A DNA stretch of 64,000 nucleotides from the human T2T-CHM13v2.0 reference genome, Homo sapiens. The notes under the pieces are model-generated. The model was given only the letters and a program-made list of their open reading frames with translations, was not told where the DNA came from and did not search any database. The translations under genes and the position numbers were made by a program. Of this stretch, positions 48,204-62,228 are shown piece after piece. The stretch is taken from assembly GCF_009914755.1 (NCBI RefSeq), contig NC_060927.1; one strand, given 5' to 3'. Each line of letters begins with the position of its first letter. Within the stretch, counting starts at the first letter, position 1.

Positions 48204-48792
48204 TGGGCTGTGGACTTTTGTGTCCCCTGGACCTGAAGCCCCTGTGCTCACCCTCCCTGCTGTGGGTGGGCCTGGGGATCTGTCACGGCTAAAGCTAACC
48301 AGGAGAGAGCCACATTCTGCTCGCTGTTAGGACCAGAGGGGTGGGAAAGGCAAGAATAAGCAGGTTCCAGGGTCTCCTGTACCCAGGAAGTGGATGGACA
48401 GGCCTGCTCCTCACCAGCATGGAGAAAGGAAGGGTTGGCATTGTGTTTGGTTTTTCTGTCTTTGGTGGATGTCCTTTCAGCAGTATCCTAACCCAGAAAA
48501 CTGCAGTGACAGACCCCCCCTTAGCCTGGGATCCTGAAAGCAGGTGTGACTCCTCCTGAGAATGGCCCTGCCCTGACCGGGGCCAGGGAGCCTGTCTTAC
48601 TTGATTTTACTTTCCTGGCAATGCACAGGGTTAAACGAGCAGTCCAAACAAGGAACATGTGGATGTCCTATCTATGTACCTACATGTCCTATTTGCATGA
48701 CTACAGATGCCCTATCTGCATGTCTACATGACTACAGATGCCCTTCCATCTGACAGTCTGTTGCACACTGAGCTGCTCCTCGTTTTCATGAC

Positions 48793-49097
48793 TTTTTTTT
48801 TTTTTTTTTAAATTGAGACGGAGGCTCACTCCGTCACCCAGGCTGGAGTGCAGTGGTGCGATCTTGGCTCACTGCGGCCACCGCCTCCCCGGGTTCAAGC
48901 GATTCTCCTGCCTCAGCCTCCTGGATAGCTGGGATTACAGGCGCGCACCACCATGCCCGGCTAATTTTTGTATTTTCAGTAGAGACAGGGTTTCGCCATG
49001 TTGGCCAGGCTGGTCTTGAGCTCCTGACCTCAGGTGATCTGCCCACCTTGGCCTCCCAAAGTGCTGGGATTACAGGCGTGAGCCACTGCACCTGGCC
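48793..49097 (-). mobile_element. AluS
   Basis: TSD ttcatgacttttt. Confidence 0.93.
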
Positions 49098-49629
49098 CTT
49101 CATGACTTTTTAATTACTGTTTATCAGACTTTATTAGCAATAGATGCTTGAAATATGGTGCTTAATTCCAGCCTAGATTAAAAAATCGAGCATTTTTCAC
49201 ATAAAAGGAAACAACATGGGCTAGTCTTGTAATAAAGCAGCCCCTCCAGAATTCCAGAACAGAGGTCTGTCTGTGTTCCCCAGAGGCACTGGCTAACCAG
49301 CCTCCTCCCATATCAGGCATTTCATTAAACCCAAACCAACTGCTGAAGTGGAAGAAAGTGACAGAAGCTCAACAGCTGTGTGCCTCTGTCTGAGTGACTG
49401 GCATGACTAGATATGATGACGTGGGGACTGCCACCAGAATGCCTTTTGGAGATGTGCCATAATTTGAACCAGCCGAATCCAGGTTTCCATTGACATGGAA
49501 GTAAATTTCTGACTCTGCTGGTAACATTTGTCAGTGACATTCAAGATTCCAATCTCTCTGGCCCTGCAGATGCACACCCAGGGATATGGGGATGCCCAAT
49601 CCTTTAGACATCGGGCAGTCTCTGTGCAT

Positions 49630-49758
49630 TCTTTTAAAAAATTGAGGCAGAGTCTCACCATATTGCTTAGGCTGGTTTTGAACTCCCAGCTTCAAGTGAT
49701 CTCCCACCTCAGCCTCCCAAAGTGCTGGGATTACAGTCGTGAGCCACTGTGCCCAGCC
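49630..49758 (-). mobile_element. FLAM/Alu left monomer
   Basis: Single antisense monomer flanked by tgcatt. Confidence 0.8.
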
Positions 49759-52732
49759 CATGCATTTTTTTAATGGACCAGGCAATCTTCCTAAGTCAGG
49801 AAGACATGTATTCTTAACCTTTTATTGATGTACGATGTACACATATCATAGATGTTCACAAAGTGAACCCATCTGTGTAGCCAACACCCAGATCAAGGCA
49901 GAACATGACCATCACCCAGGACGCTCCTTGTGCCCCTGTACAGTCACCACCAGTGTCCAAGGATCAGCTGTCTGATTTCTGATAGCAAAAATGGGCTTTT
50001 AAACAAACATGGGATTTGATGTAACTTTTAAAAACTTGGAAAATGTAAAAACACATTATGGCATGTTTGGGGATGGATGAATGGAGATCGTGTGGCTGAC
50101 CTGGGTGAAGCTTGGGCTGGAGACAGCAAGGAGTTGGTGCCGTCTGCCCAGGGCCACCTCCACTGTATGTCCTCCTGGGCTGGAAGCTCGCCCTGTAACA
50201 GCGGTGACTCCTGTGTGGTCAGTGGTCAAGGACTGGATACCGTCTCGGTCCTCTGTGTTCTCTGAAGGGATGTGACTACATCATGTGCCTCAGCCCCGTC
50301 CCTGCATGCCATCTCTCTCCACAGCACTTCTCTTCAGAGTTTTCCAGGGGCAGAGGTGAGGAAGCTCTCAAACTTCATTTAGATAGGTTCATCTTTTTGC
50401 TCAATCAGCAGGTCAATGATGCATACGTGTCAGGTCACACTGTGTTCTCAGCACTGGGTTGAGTGCTGTGGGGAAGGACAGCCAGTGCGATGGATTCACA
50501 CTCCTCTCACTGTGACCTTGGAGACCCTCGCTCTGGCCCACCCCTCCTGTGCCTCACCTTGCTCCTTCTTCCCCGTCATCCCAGCCTTGTTTTCTCTGAG
50601 CCTGTTGAGGTCCTTGCCTTGGTGGCTCCCAACGGATGTTCTTCTGGCCAGTGCTGTGCTGCCAATGCCACCAATCCCTTCCAAGCAGGCTGATCTGCTG
50701 GGAGCTGTAGCCCTGGCGCGTCCCGACATGGATTCCCACAGCGTCTGCCTGTCCCGTCATGCTTTCTCTCTGGAGTCCTCCCTCCTTGGTATGGTATGTT
50801 TCTGCTCTGTTCTTTTGTGACCAGGAAAGAATGTCTTGTTTCTTCCATCCAGCCCTCCTGCTCTTTCCATTAACAGTCCAGAACATGAAACGGTTATTTT
50901 GACATGATCATTCTTGCCAGGGGTCTTAAAAAGTTATGTTTCTTTACATCTGTTGATTTGTGACTGTCACATAGGAGACAGAACTGTGCAAGAAAGACAC
51001 ATATTTGGGAGTCAGGAAACCAGGTCTTCTGGGCCTGATACCACCAGCAGCTCAGGGTGTGATGTTGGGCAAGTCCCTCTAGCTCTATTGAGCCAAGATG
51101 ACCTCTCAGGGTCCTTCCCGGCCCAAAGTCCTGTGACAGTGGCATTAGGTATAACTAGATGCCTGGGTTTCAGCTAACCATGTAACAGGGACTGGGCAGC
51201 ATTATTGTTGGCAGTGGCAGAGAGCCTGGAAAGGCAGAGGCCAAGCGGCCTGGCATCCCAGCCCCTTTCCAGACCTTTACGGAATTAAAAAACAATTTTT
51301 ATTTTTAGTTATGGTTACATTTGCAATTGTAAGTGGTAATCACTTTTACTTTAGATATTCTGGAAAATACATACAATTAAAGAAGAAACATGAATCACTC
51401 ATGTACCTTCCATTCTTAGAATAATCAGTGTTAAGACTGTCTGCAGAAAGTATCCAGTACAAAGTAGTGGCTGAGCCCACTGGTGATACAGAATGTATCA
51501 GGCACTGTGATTGGATCTCTGGCCAAATGTAGAATCATTTACTGAGCTAAAGGCCAATTTGCTTGGAAGAGTGCATCTAATTAAAGTGAGATTAGAAAGG
51601 ACGAAAGGTGTCCTTTAGGAAATAACCACACATGGCAAGCCACTGGTATGATGATGATCACCAACCCTGCAGGCCTTTTGAGGCGCTCATTCCAATTAAA
51701 CTTGTCATCCTTAGTGCAGGGGGCAGCTGGGAGCTCTGGTTTGTGGCGTTCACTGTCCTTGTTTGTACCGGCATGACCCAGTCCTCTCCGTGGGCTCCTG
51801 TGGCGCCCTGGGTGTTGTTGGGTCTCAGGCCTGATCATTTGTCATAGGACAGTGGGCTCAGGCCCAGCAGTGTCTGGGCCAGTCTCCCTTCTTTGTCCCA
51901 GTGCCCCACATGCTGTGGGCTCCGTGGATGCCTGTTGAAGGAGCGGAGGGACTTCCATTAGGCCGTGAAGGTGGAATAAGGGAATTTTAGCTGGGGTTAT
52001 GGCTCTGAGACAGTTTTACTAAAATTGGTCTAGCAGTTTCTCTGCCAGACACTTTTCTAAGCACTTCTTATGCTTTACTCACCTGTATTACGTTGTTCAA
52101 TCCTCCCAACAACCCTACTTTATTAACCCCATTTCACAGATGGAGAAACTGAGCTACACAGAAGTTAAGTGGCCCGCCTAGTACTTTTATGAAGTATCTT
52201 TGCTGAGTCTGGCTGCTGAGTTGGAGATTTTGACCACTGTGTTGTGATGCCTCTTAGCTCTTGGAAGTTTCTCCTTTCTAACAAAGAAGAAACTTCAGGG
52301 GCTACTGTGGCTAGGGTAGGTCAAGGCTGAGGTCTTTTTGTACTCTGGTGGAGCCAGGGCCATTCCAGGAGCAGCAAAGAAGGCAGAGTGTGGAGGCATG
52401 CCTGAGCTGACTGGAGGAGTTGGGTCCCACTCTTGCAACGAGAGGCTGTCTCCAGCTTTCTCTTCTGTCCAGGAGTGTGTGCCTGCACAAGTGCCTCCCT
52501 GCAGGGCAGTGGACAGAGCCCCAGAGGCTCGGAGGCACATGGGCTGCCTTGTGTTCCTCTGAAGAGGTGTGGGTTAGGGCAAGTGGACCATGTCCTCAGG
52601 GGTGCTCGTGTGATATCCCCAAGTGCTGCAGGCATAGGTAGGGGTGTGCCAGCCCATACTTCCCTTGGGCGTGAGCAAGATGCCTTGTCTGGGGGTCAGG
52701 AGCAACCCCAGGCTGTGTGCAGAGGTGCTTGA

Positions 52733-53326
<594 letters not shown>

Positions 53327-54495
53327 TAAGTTTTGAGAGCCATGAGTTTAAACTTGGCCAAGTTCCTTCCTCATCTTTCTTGTTGTCTGACTGTCGCTGT
53401 GTCCCCGGGGAGTGAGGATGGGTTACTCCCGGTTACTGAAAGCTGGTGGGGAGCATCTCAGGGGTCTCTACCTCCCTCCCCACAAACATGTTTTGTAGCA
53501 CACAAAAAGTTCTGGAAGCCTGCCATGATGCTGTCATTCCAGGGAGGGAGTTTGCATTTAGCATGAGTCCTCCCTGCAGCTAGTTCTGGAAGGATAGTGA
53601 CTGAGGTACTTAGAGGACCTAGTGGATAAGGCACCCCTCTTTAGCAGGCAGGCTCCAAGTCAGGGGGTGAGCACATATTCCAGCAGGCCCGAGCTGGCCA
53701 GCATGTGACGGCCATTTCAGGTGGTAAAGCAGGAGCAGATTTGCTTTTTGTGCCCGAAACCCCTTCTGACAATAACAGCGGCTTCCCTGTTCCCCTGCAC
53801 CTCCCTGTCAGCCGAGTTGATGGATTTCCTTTCAGCAGGGTGGAACCAAGTTATGGCCACGTTTGCTCGCGTGATGGTCAGGGCTGGCCCTGAGGTTTTG
53901 CATCTGCCAAAATGTCGCCTGTTCCCTCCCCTCCTGCTACCTCAGTTTGCATTCCTTCCTGATGATGCAGTGAGGTAGTAAATTTAGAAAGAAATGGAAT
54001 TGGGGGCAGCTCAGCTGCTGGCCATGGCTAGGTTCCAGGGCATTTGCTGACAGTTATCTTTACATTAAATGTGGGCAGCAAGGATTGCATTGCAGGCCTG
54101 ATTGTGCTGCTTTCTGGCTGTAAGCTTGACTTTTCTGCTTCACTTTTCTGTCCTCAGTTTCTTCATATTATGGAGACTGGAGGTCCTGTGCTGCTTATAA
54201 TCCTGTGTCCTTTCCCTTGCTTTGAGCCTCAGAGCCAGTTTTAGATTCAGGGTTGTTGGCTGGGAGAAGACTCTTGGCTCTGAGGGTGACAGTGGTTTAG
54301 GGAGAACTTGCTTCGGACACCTTGTATGTATGGGCGGGGGCATCGCAGGCATGTACATTGGTTGAACTTGGAAGCTTTCCCTCATTTGCTTGCAGAGAAG
54401 CCCACTGACGGAGTGAAGAAGCCTGAGTTGGGGAGGGTGTGAAAAACGTGTACAATGACAAAGTTTGTTTAGAAGCAAGAGAGGCCCTGTCTCTA

Positions 54496-54849
<354 letters not shown>

Positions 54850-55868
54850 TTAGTGATAAGGTTCAAAATAGAAACCGAAAGACCTGGTCTGTAGAAGTTA
54901 CTCATGAGATATTTGTTGAATGAATGAATCATGGTATGTATTTATAATATTACCCAATCAGAATAAAAAAGGGAAATATTTTGGTGACAGTGCTACTGTT
55001 TGCTCAGCAGTAGTGGCTAAGAAACAGTGGATGCTACATAGGTATTTTCTCCATAACTTGTGCCTGGTAGTAGCTGTGCCAATTTTCACCAGACCTTGAT
55101 TACCTGTTAGAGTTTTGAAGGGAGAGCTTATCTGGTGAGGACTTGGGTGACGTTGCTTGTGGGAGGAGGGCCAAGCACGGAATGGAAGTTGAATGTTAGA
55201 AGTGCTAGACCTCCAGATTCAGTAAACTTGGAGAATCCCTGTCCCTTGTGGTAAACTTGAGACTTGACTACATTTTGCGGTTAAGGGAATTTCAGTCGGT
55301 CAGCATATAACCTGGGGGAGCTTCATGATGTTCTCTTCTTTTTTCTTTTTAATTCATAGGTGTGATCATAGTACACTACAGCCTCAAGCTCTTGGGCTCA
55401 AGCAGTCCTCTTGCCTCAGCCTCCCAGGTAGCTGGGATACAGGCATGTGCCACCGCGCCTGGCTCTGAATGGTTCCTTGGTTTCCTTGGTGGGTGGAGCT
55501 CCAGATTCCTGAAGCTGGAGTTGTGGGCATGAACCCCAAGTGGGTCACTGGCTTTCCTGCGGGGTTCCACAGCCCTCACTTACCCCTGCCCCAGACCTAT
55601 CTTTGCATTACCACATCCAGAAAAAGTAGTTCCAAGCCAGGATAACTCATTCATTCAGCAGCTATTATTGAGTACCTACTATGTGCAAGAGACTGAATTA
55701 GGACTACTAGGGCTTCCTTTTGTCACAAACAGGTATTGCTTAGTTCCTCCTGCTGTATCTGAGCTCCTTGGTAGTGGGGTTTTTGTCTGTTTTGTTCACT
55801 GTTGTATCCCCAGGGCCCAAGGCACTGCCTGGCACACAGCAGGTACCCAGTGGAAACTTACTGAATGA

Positions 55869-56151
55869 GGCTGGGTGCGGTGGCCCATGCCTGTAATCCC
55901 AGCACTTTGGGAGGCCGAGGTGGGCAGATCACAAGGTCAGGAGATCGAGACCAGCCTGACCAACATGGTGAAACCCCATCTCTACTAAAACTACAAAAAT
56001 TAGCTAGGCATGATGGCGCGCGCCTGTAATCCCAGCTACTCGGGAGGCTGAGGCAGAAGAATCACTTGAACCCGGGAGGCGAGTGAGCCGAGATTGTGCC
56101 ACTGCATTCCAGCCTGGGCAACAGAGCAAGGCTCTGTCTCAAGAAAAAAAA
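55869..56151 (+). mobile_element. AluSc/Sg-like
   Basis: Dimer with a small right-arm deletion. Confidence 0.9.
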
Positions 56152-56710
56152 GACTTCTCGAATGAATATGTGTACACTCTGGCCAGATGTGGGGAGCAGA
56201 TACTCCCTGACTTCCTCCTGAGTGTCAGTGCCTTTAGCTGGGACACACATTCTGGCATCAATCCATACCCTACACTGACGTGGTAGGGAGGCAGGGGCAC
56301 TGGGCTGCTGTCCACATCCCTCACCCTGACCAGAGTTACTCAGATGAGCGCTCTCATGTGGGTAGGAGATGCCTTTGGTAGCTGAGGACTAGAGGGGCCA
56401 GAAAGGGTTGGGATACATGCTTTATCTGGATAGAAACTTATAGAGTTCCAGGGACTAGCTCACCAAAGGCCTGCGCAGGTTTGGCAGGGAGCAGGGAGAC
56501 ATGCTGGCAGACATGCATGTTGGCTTTGATTTGAGGAGCTGTTGGTGGGAATGAAAAGCCTAATAAGCACGTGGGCTTTGGATCTGCCACCCCCCAGCTC
56601 TGCCAACAGCTGTGAGACCTTGGGCAGGTTGTTCAGCAGCCCTGTACCTCAGTTTCCCCATCAGTAAAATGTGCATATGGTTGTGAGGACTGAATTAGCT
56701 AGTATCTGAT

Positions 56711-57005
56711 CTAAGTTGTCCAGTACGGGAGACTGGCCATGTGCAACTGTGAAGTACTTCAAAAGGTGGCTTTTCTGAACTGAGATGTGCTTTTGAAGCA
56801 CATCTGGATTTTGAAGACTTGGTATGGAGAAAAGAGTGGCTTATTAATATTTTTCATGTTGATTCTATGTTGAAATGAGACTTTTGGATATATTGGCCTA
56901 AGTAAAACATTAAAATTAGTTTCACCTATTTTTACTTCCTAAGTATGGATACTTGAAAATGTAAAATCGCACGTGGCTTGCATATTTTTCTGCTGGGCAG
57001 GGCTG
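56711..57005. mobile_element. MER33 (hAT-Charlie)
   Basis: gaactgagatgtgct...ggattttgaagactt...ttttggatatattgg...tttcacctattttt. Confidence 0.78.
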
Positions 57006-58023
57006 TGCCTTACAAAGCACTTAGAACAGGCTGTAACACATGGTCGTTTGCTGTATACATTCTCTTGCTTTGTCATTTTCTCAAAAGCATGGAAGCGTCT
57101 TTACCTTGTCCCATCTGAAAGCCAAGCCCAATCGATTTGTTCAGAACCACAAATGCTTAAACAAAAAGATCATCATTTGTTCAAGGGAGGCTGATTTCGT
57201 GATTGCCAACCACCAAGTGAGCCCACTGAGGCCAAATGCCTGATGCAAGGGATGGCAGGCTGCTCCCACGCAGCCTTAGAACGAATCCGTTCCCACTTGA
57301 AGCAGGGGGGCTCTGGGGTCCGAAGCTGCTGTGTGCACAGGGCTTGATGGAGCAGGTGGTCATTGCAGCTGAGCCAACTTTCCAGCGCCTTAAAAAATAC
57401 ACTCAGTTTAGCAAGTACAGGCAGAAAGCCCAAAGAGATGGCCCATCCCCTTGAGGGAGGTAGAGAAGTGAACGATGGTGTTTCCTGTCCCAAGAGGTGG
57501 GAGGAAGGCTGTTTGGGATTTGGCTCATCAGGGGCCACAGGCTACTGGGATGCCTATGTCCTATCCCTCTGTGTAGGCTATGGAGCCCTTTCCTGGGTAT
57601 GGGCCTCCCAATAAGCCTGTGGCCAATGCAGGGGCAGGCTGGGAGGTGGCTTTCCAGGCAGCTTGCAAAGGCCTGTTTGTCTGAGGCTTGTCCTGACATC
57701 ACTGAGGCTTTGCTTGCAGGTGGCAGGGACTTACACAGAGGCTCTTTATTGGCCAGCCACAGAGGTCAGTTAGAAGCCATGAATGGACTGGAGCTGGCAG
57801 CCCCTCCTCTACCCATAGCACACAGCTGCCACCTCTCTGGGTTGCCCATGCCTGACGGTGGGTGTGTGAGGTGTGGGGAGAGGCATCTCTGCCCAAATTT
57901 GTAGCCAGAGAGCAGAGGAAGTGAAGTTGGTGGGAGGCGGTGAGGAAGGCAGGGAGAAAGAAAGGAGGTGGTGTTGAGGAAGCTAGCATGGCTTCTGCCC
58001 AGCTCTGTCATGGTTTGCAGGTG

Positions 58024-58027
<4 letters not shown>

Positions 58028-58055
<28 letters not shown>

Positions 58056-58338
58056 TTAAAGACAAATTCTCACTCTGTACCCAGGTTAGAGTTCAGTGGC
58101 ACCATCTTAGCTCACTGTAGCCTTGGCTTCCTGGGCTCAAGCAATCCTCCCATCCCAGCCCCCCGAATAACTGGAAACACAGGTATGCACAACCATGCCT
58201 GGCTAATTTGTTAATTTTTGTAGAGGCAGGGTCTCGCTGTCTTGCCCAGGCTGGTCTTGAACTCCTGGGCTCAAGTGATCCTCCCACCTCGGCCTCCCAA
58301 AGTGCTAGGATAACAGGTGTGAGCCACTGTGCCAGGCC
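58028..58338 (-). mobile_element. AluJ with (CT)n tail
   Basis: Antisense Alu preceded by a (CT)n run. Confidence 0.9.
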
Positions 58339-58733
58339 TTTTGCAGGCTATTTGATGTCTGCATTGGATACTTGGGGTCAGGCTCAATGCCTGGAAGTCA
58401 TTTAGTGTCATTCTGCTGTGCTCTATTACTTTAAGCATTCACAAGCCTTTCCACACTCTCACTTCTTGATAGGAGTGTCTAGGAATTGTTTTCAAAATGC
58501 TGTATTTGCATACAGAGAAATGTGTAGTTCAGTGAGTTTTGACAGATGCATGCACCTGTGTGACCCACATTCCTATCAAGATATAGAATAGTTCCATCCC
58601 CAGAAAGTTCCCTCATGCTTCTTTCCAGTTAGTGCTCACCTCCAGGCAACTACAATTCTGATTTTTTAAAATCATTTATTAGTTTTGCCCATTCTAAGAT
58701 GTAATATAAATGGATTCATATAGTATTTATATA

Positions 58734-59359
58734 CAGTTGATCTTCATTATCCACAGATTCTGTATTTGTGAATCAGCTTACTTGCTAAAATTTATTTGTA
58801 ACCCCAAAATTAATACTCACAGTTCTTTTGTGATCATTCACAGATATAACAGAGTGCTGAAAAGTTTGAGTCCCCTGACGCCTATCTTCCCAGCTGAAGT
58901 CGAACAAGGCAACGCTCCGCCTTCTTGTTTCAGGTCATGCAGTAAACAGGTGTCCTTTTCATGGTCTATTTAGTGCCATGGTTTTTGCATTTTTGTGGTT
59001 TTTGTTGATGATTTTGCTGTTTCAAATGGCCCCCCAGGCACAGTGCTGGAGTGCTTTCTAGTGTTCCTAAGAGCAAGAGGGCTGTGATGTGCTTTACAAC
59101 GAGAATATGTATGAGAGAAGCTTTGTTCAGGCACGAGCTACAGGGCTGTTGGCTGAGGGTTCGATGTTAATGAATCAACAATATATACTAAGGAAGGTGT
59201 CTCTAAATAGAAACACACATAAAACAAGGTCATATATTCATCAGTTGATGAAAGTGTTGTGGTCAGAAGTTTTCAGAAACCTAACCCTGTATTTCTGCCA
59301 GAAGCAGTGGTTCAGTATTGACTGATTCAGTATTCTTGCCAAATAATGAGAATCAACTA
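58734..59359. mobile_element. MER82-like TcMar-Tigger element inside an antisense L1ME fragment (~58490-59920)
   Basis: TIRs cagttgatcttcattat / ataatgagaatcaact with TA flanks. L1 sequence resumes on both sides. Confidence 0.82.
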
Positions 59360-60198
59360 TAGTACTCCTTTGTCCAGCTTATTTCACTCAGATAATATCT
59401 GTGAAATTCAGCTATGCTGTTGCATTATCAACTGGGCTTTTTGCATTATCAATTGTGCTTTTGTTTTACTGCTGAGTAATATTACATTGTATGGATACAC
59501 CACAAGATTTGTTTTTCCATTTCCCTGTTGAGGTTTTTTTTTTTTTTTCATTTTTGGCTATTATGAATAAGTCTGTTAGGATTGTTTTTGTGTAAGACTT
59601 TGGGTTTTTTTTTTGTTTGTTTTTTTCTTTTGTAAATATGGGATCTCGCTATGTTGTCCAGGTTGGTTTTGAACTCCTGGCTTCAAGTGATTCTCCTGCC
59701 TTGGCCTCCTAAAGTGCTGGAATTATAGGCATGAGCCACTGCACCTTATATGTACAAGTCTTTGTATAGACACAGGCTTTCGTTTCTCTTGGGTAAATAC
59801 CTAGGAGTAGAATTGCTGGATCATGGAGTAGGTGTATGTATAACTTTTTTAGCAACTGCCAAAAACTTTTCCAAAGTGGCCGTGCCACTTAGCATTCCCA
59901 CAGCAGTGTGAAAGTTCCTCTGATTCTCCAGCTGTTTTTAGAATTTCTTGGGGGCCCTGCTTTACTTGTTGCTTTCTAAGCCACCTGTTCTCTGAGCTGG
60001 CAACGCTTGGCTGATACCCTCCCAATTTCCTCTGTTAAAATATTATCTTCACAAGATATTTTATTCCTTTCTTGATAGTGATGGGCTGTGAGCCCATCAC
60101 TATTTTACTTTGCTTCTTTGCTCTCTTAAGAGTTTGATTTAAAAAACATTTTTTTGTTTTTGCTTTTACCAGTTTTCTCTAGTACAGAAATCCTCTTA

Positions 60199-60710
60199 GG
60201 CTGGGCACAGTGGCTCATGCTTGTCATCCCAGCACTTTGGGAGGCCGAGGCGGGTGGATCACGAGGTCAGGAGATCGAGACCATCCTGGCTAACATGGTG
60301 AAACCCAGCCTCTACAACAAATATAAAAAATTAGCCGGGCGTGGTGGCGGGCACCTGTAGTTAAAAAAAAAAAAAAAAAAGGAAATCCTCTGCCCGGGTG
60401 CTGTGGTTCACGCACTTTGTAATCCCAGCACTTTGGGAGCTGAGGCAGGGGGATTGCTTGAGCTTAGAGATTCAAGACCAGCCTGGGCAACATGGTGAAA
60501 CTTTGTCTCTACGAAAAATACAAAAATTAGCTGGGCGTGGTGGTGCGTGCCTATAGTTCCAGGTACCGGGGAGGCTGAGGTGGGAGGATCATATGAGCCC
60601 AGGAGGTCAAAGCTGCAGTGAGCCATGATCACACCACTGCATTCCAGCCTGGGCAACAGAATGAGGCCCTGTCTCAAAAAAAGTGATAATAATAATAAAA
60701 TAAAAAATAA
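60199..60710 (+). mobile_element. Shortened AluY/Sc (60199-60380) and adjacent AluJ (60392-60710)
   Basis: Alu consensus. First element flanked by gaaatcctct. Confidence 0.88.
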
Positions 60711-60957
60711 ATTCCTGGGTGTTTTTTTTTTTTTTTTGCCGTTTTTTAAACCTTAAACACAGCTAACTGTAGAAAAGTCAGAAAGTATAGAAAAAAATTG
60801 GAAAGGTCACCCATCATCCTACTCTAGGGATAATCACTGTTAGGATAGACTTTTTTTTCTTTTACACATAGATATTTAATTTTAAAGAATTTGAGTGAAC
60901 TAAAATTAACTTTGTTGTAGATTTGGGGACTTTAGTGAAAGTTGGGCCAATAGAGGA

Positions 60958-61955
60958 TGTCGGGGAGCAGAACTTCCCCTCTTCTCTCTTGGGGTCCTGG
61001 TGGGGTCTGAAAACTAAATTGACATAGGTAAATAGAAGAGCATACACATTTAATAAAAGTTCTATGTGACACGGGAGCCCTCATAAACAAATGAAGACCC
61101 AAAGCAGTGGCAAAACATACATGTGTTTATATGAGGTTGAACAAAGAGAGGCATTTGTGGGAAAGTAACCAAATTATGTGGGGAAGCTAAAGGAAAGTAA
61201 GCCTTATTTTAACAAGGTCTGTTTGTACAGAATTTTCTCTGCTGTTACTCTCCATTGAAGAGTGTTTGTTTTCTCATGGTACAGGGAGGGCACCTTTTAT
61301 TTTATTTTGTATTTTATTTGTATGGATTTAGGGGGGAGAAGTGCACTTTTGTTACATGGATCTATTGCCTACTGGTGAAATCTGGGTTTTAGTGTAACCA
61401 TCAACTGAACAGTGTAAATTGTTCCCACTAAGTAATTTCTGGCTGGGCAGTAATCCCAGCACTTTGGGAGGCTGAGGGGAGTGGGGATATCTTGAGCCTG
61501 GGAAGTTGAGGCTGCCTGGGCCACATGGCAAAACCCCATCTCTACTAAAAATGCGAAAAATTAGCCGGGCAAGGTGGTGCGTGCCTGTGGTTCCAGCTAC
61601 TTTGGAGGCTGAGGTGGGAGGACTGCCTGAGACTGGGAAGTTGAGGCTGCAGTGATCCATAGTCACGCCTGTGTACTCCAACCTGGGTGGGTTGACAACT
61701 TGTCTCAAAAAAAAAAAAAAGTAATTTCTCATCCCTCACTCCCCACCCACCCTCTTCCCCTTCCCTTCTAAGCCTCCAATGTCTGTCATTCCGCACTGTA
61801 TGTCCATAGGGAGGGGGTACCTTTTACATGGGAGTTTTCGTCTCCTGAAGATGAAGATGCCCTTCTTGCATCTGCTGTTTTTCAAGTGTCTTTAGTTTGA
61901 TATAATACTATGTCAAAGTGGCATATTTTGGGGCGGCATCTTCAGCCAGCCTTCA
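60958..61955 (-). mobile_element. MER34-like ERV1 LTR containing an L1 3' fragment (61296-61807) that contains an AluJ (61441-61720)
   Basis: LTR end caaagtggcatattttgggg...ccttca. L1 flanked by agggaggg...accttttA. Alu TSD aagtaatttct. Confidence 0.72.
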
Positions 61956-62174
61956 GGGGCCTCTAGGGATTAAAAATAGAGTTCAGAAGCCAGCATATGA
62001 AACATTTTCCCTTTCTGCTACTTGTTGGCAATGCTGCTTCCCTCTGGTTTAAGAAACTTTCTGGGAGACTTGTGTCACCCCAGTTTCTGCCTTTATTTTT
62101 CGCAGGAATGGCTGGGTTCTATTTTGATATGAGTAATTTTGGAATCAGAATTGAGAACTGGGCCCCCTTCCTCC

Positions 62175-62228
62175 TGACCCCAACAGGGATCTCTTGCCAG
62201 CTGCCCCCAACAGGGATCTCTTGCCAGC
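62175..62228. repeat. 27-bp tandem duplication (26/27 identical)
   Basis: tg(a/c)ccccaacagggatctcttgccagc x2. Confidence 0.95.

Noticed and set aside
59420-59461. 21-bp imperfect tandem duplication (ttgcattatcaa...)
   Set aside because: Ordinary slippage event within an L1 fossil.
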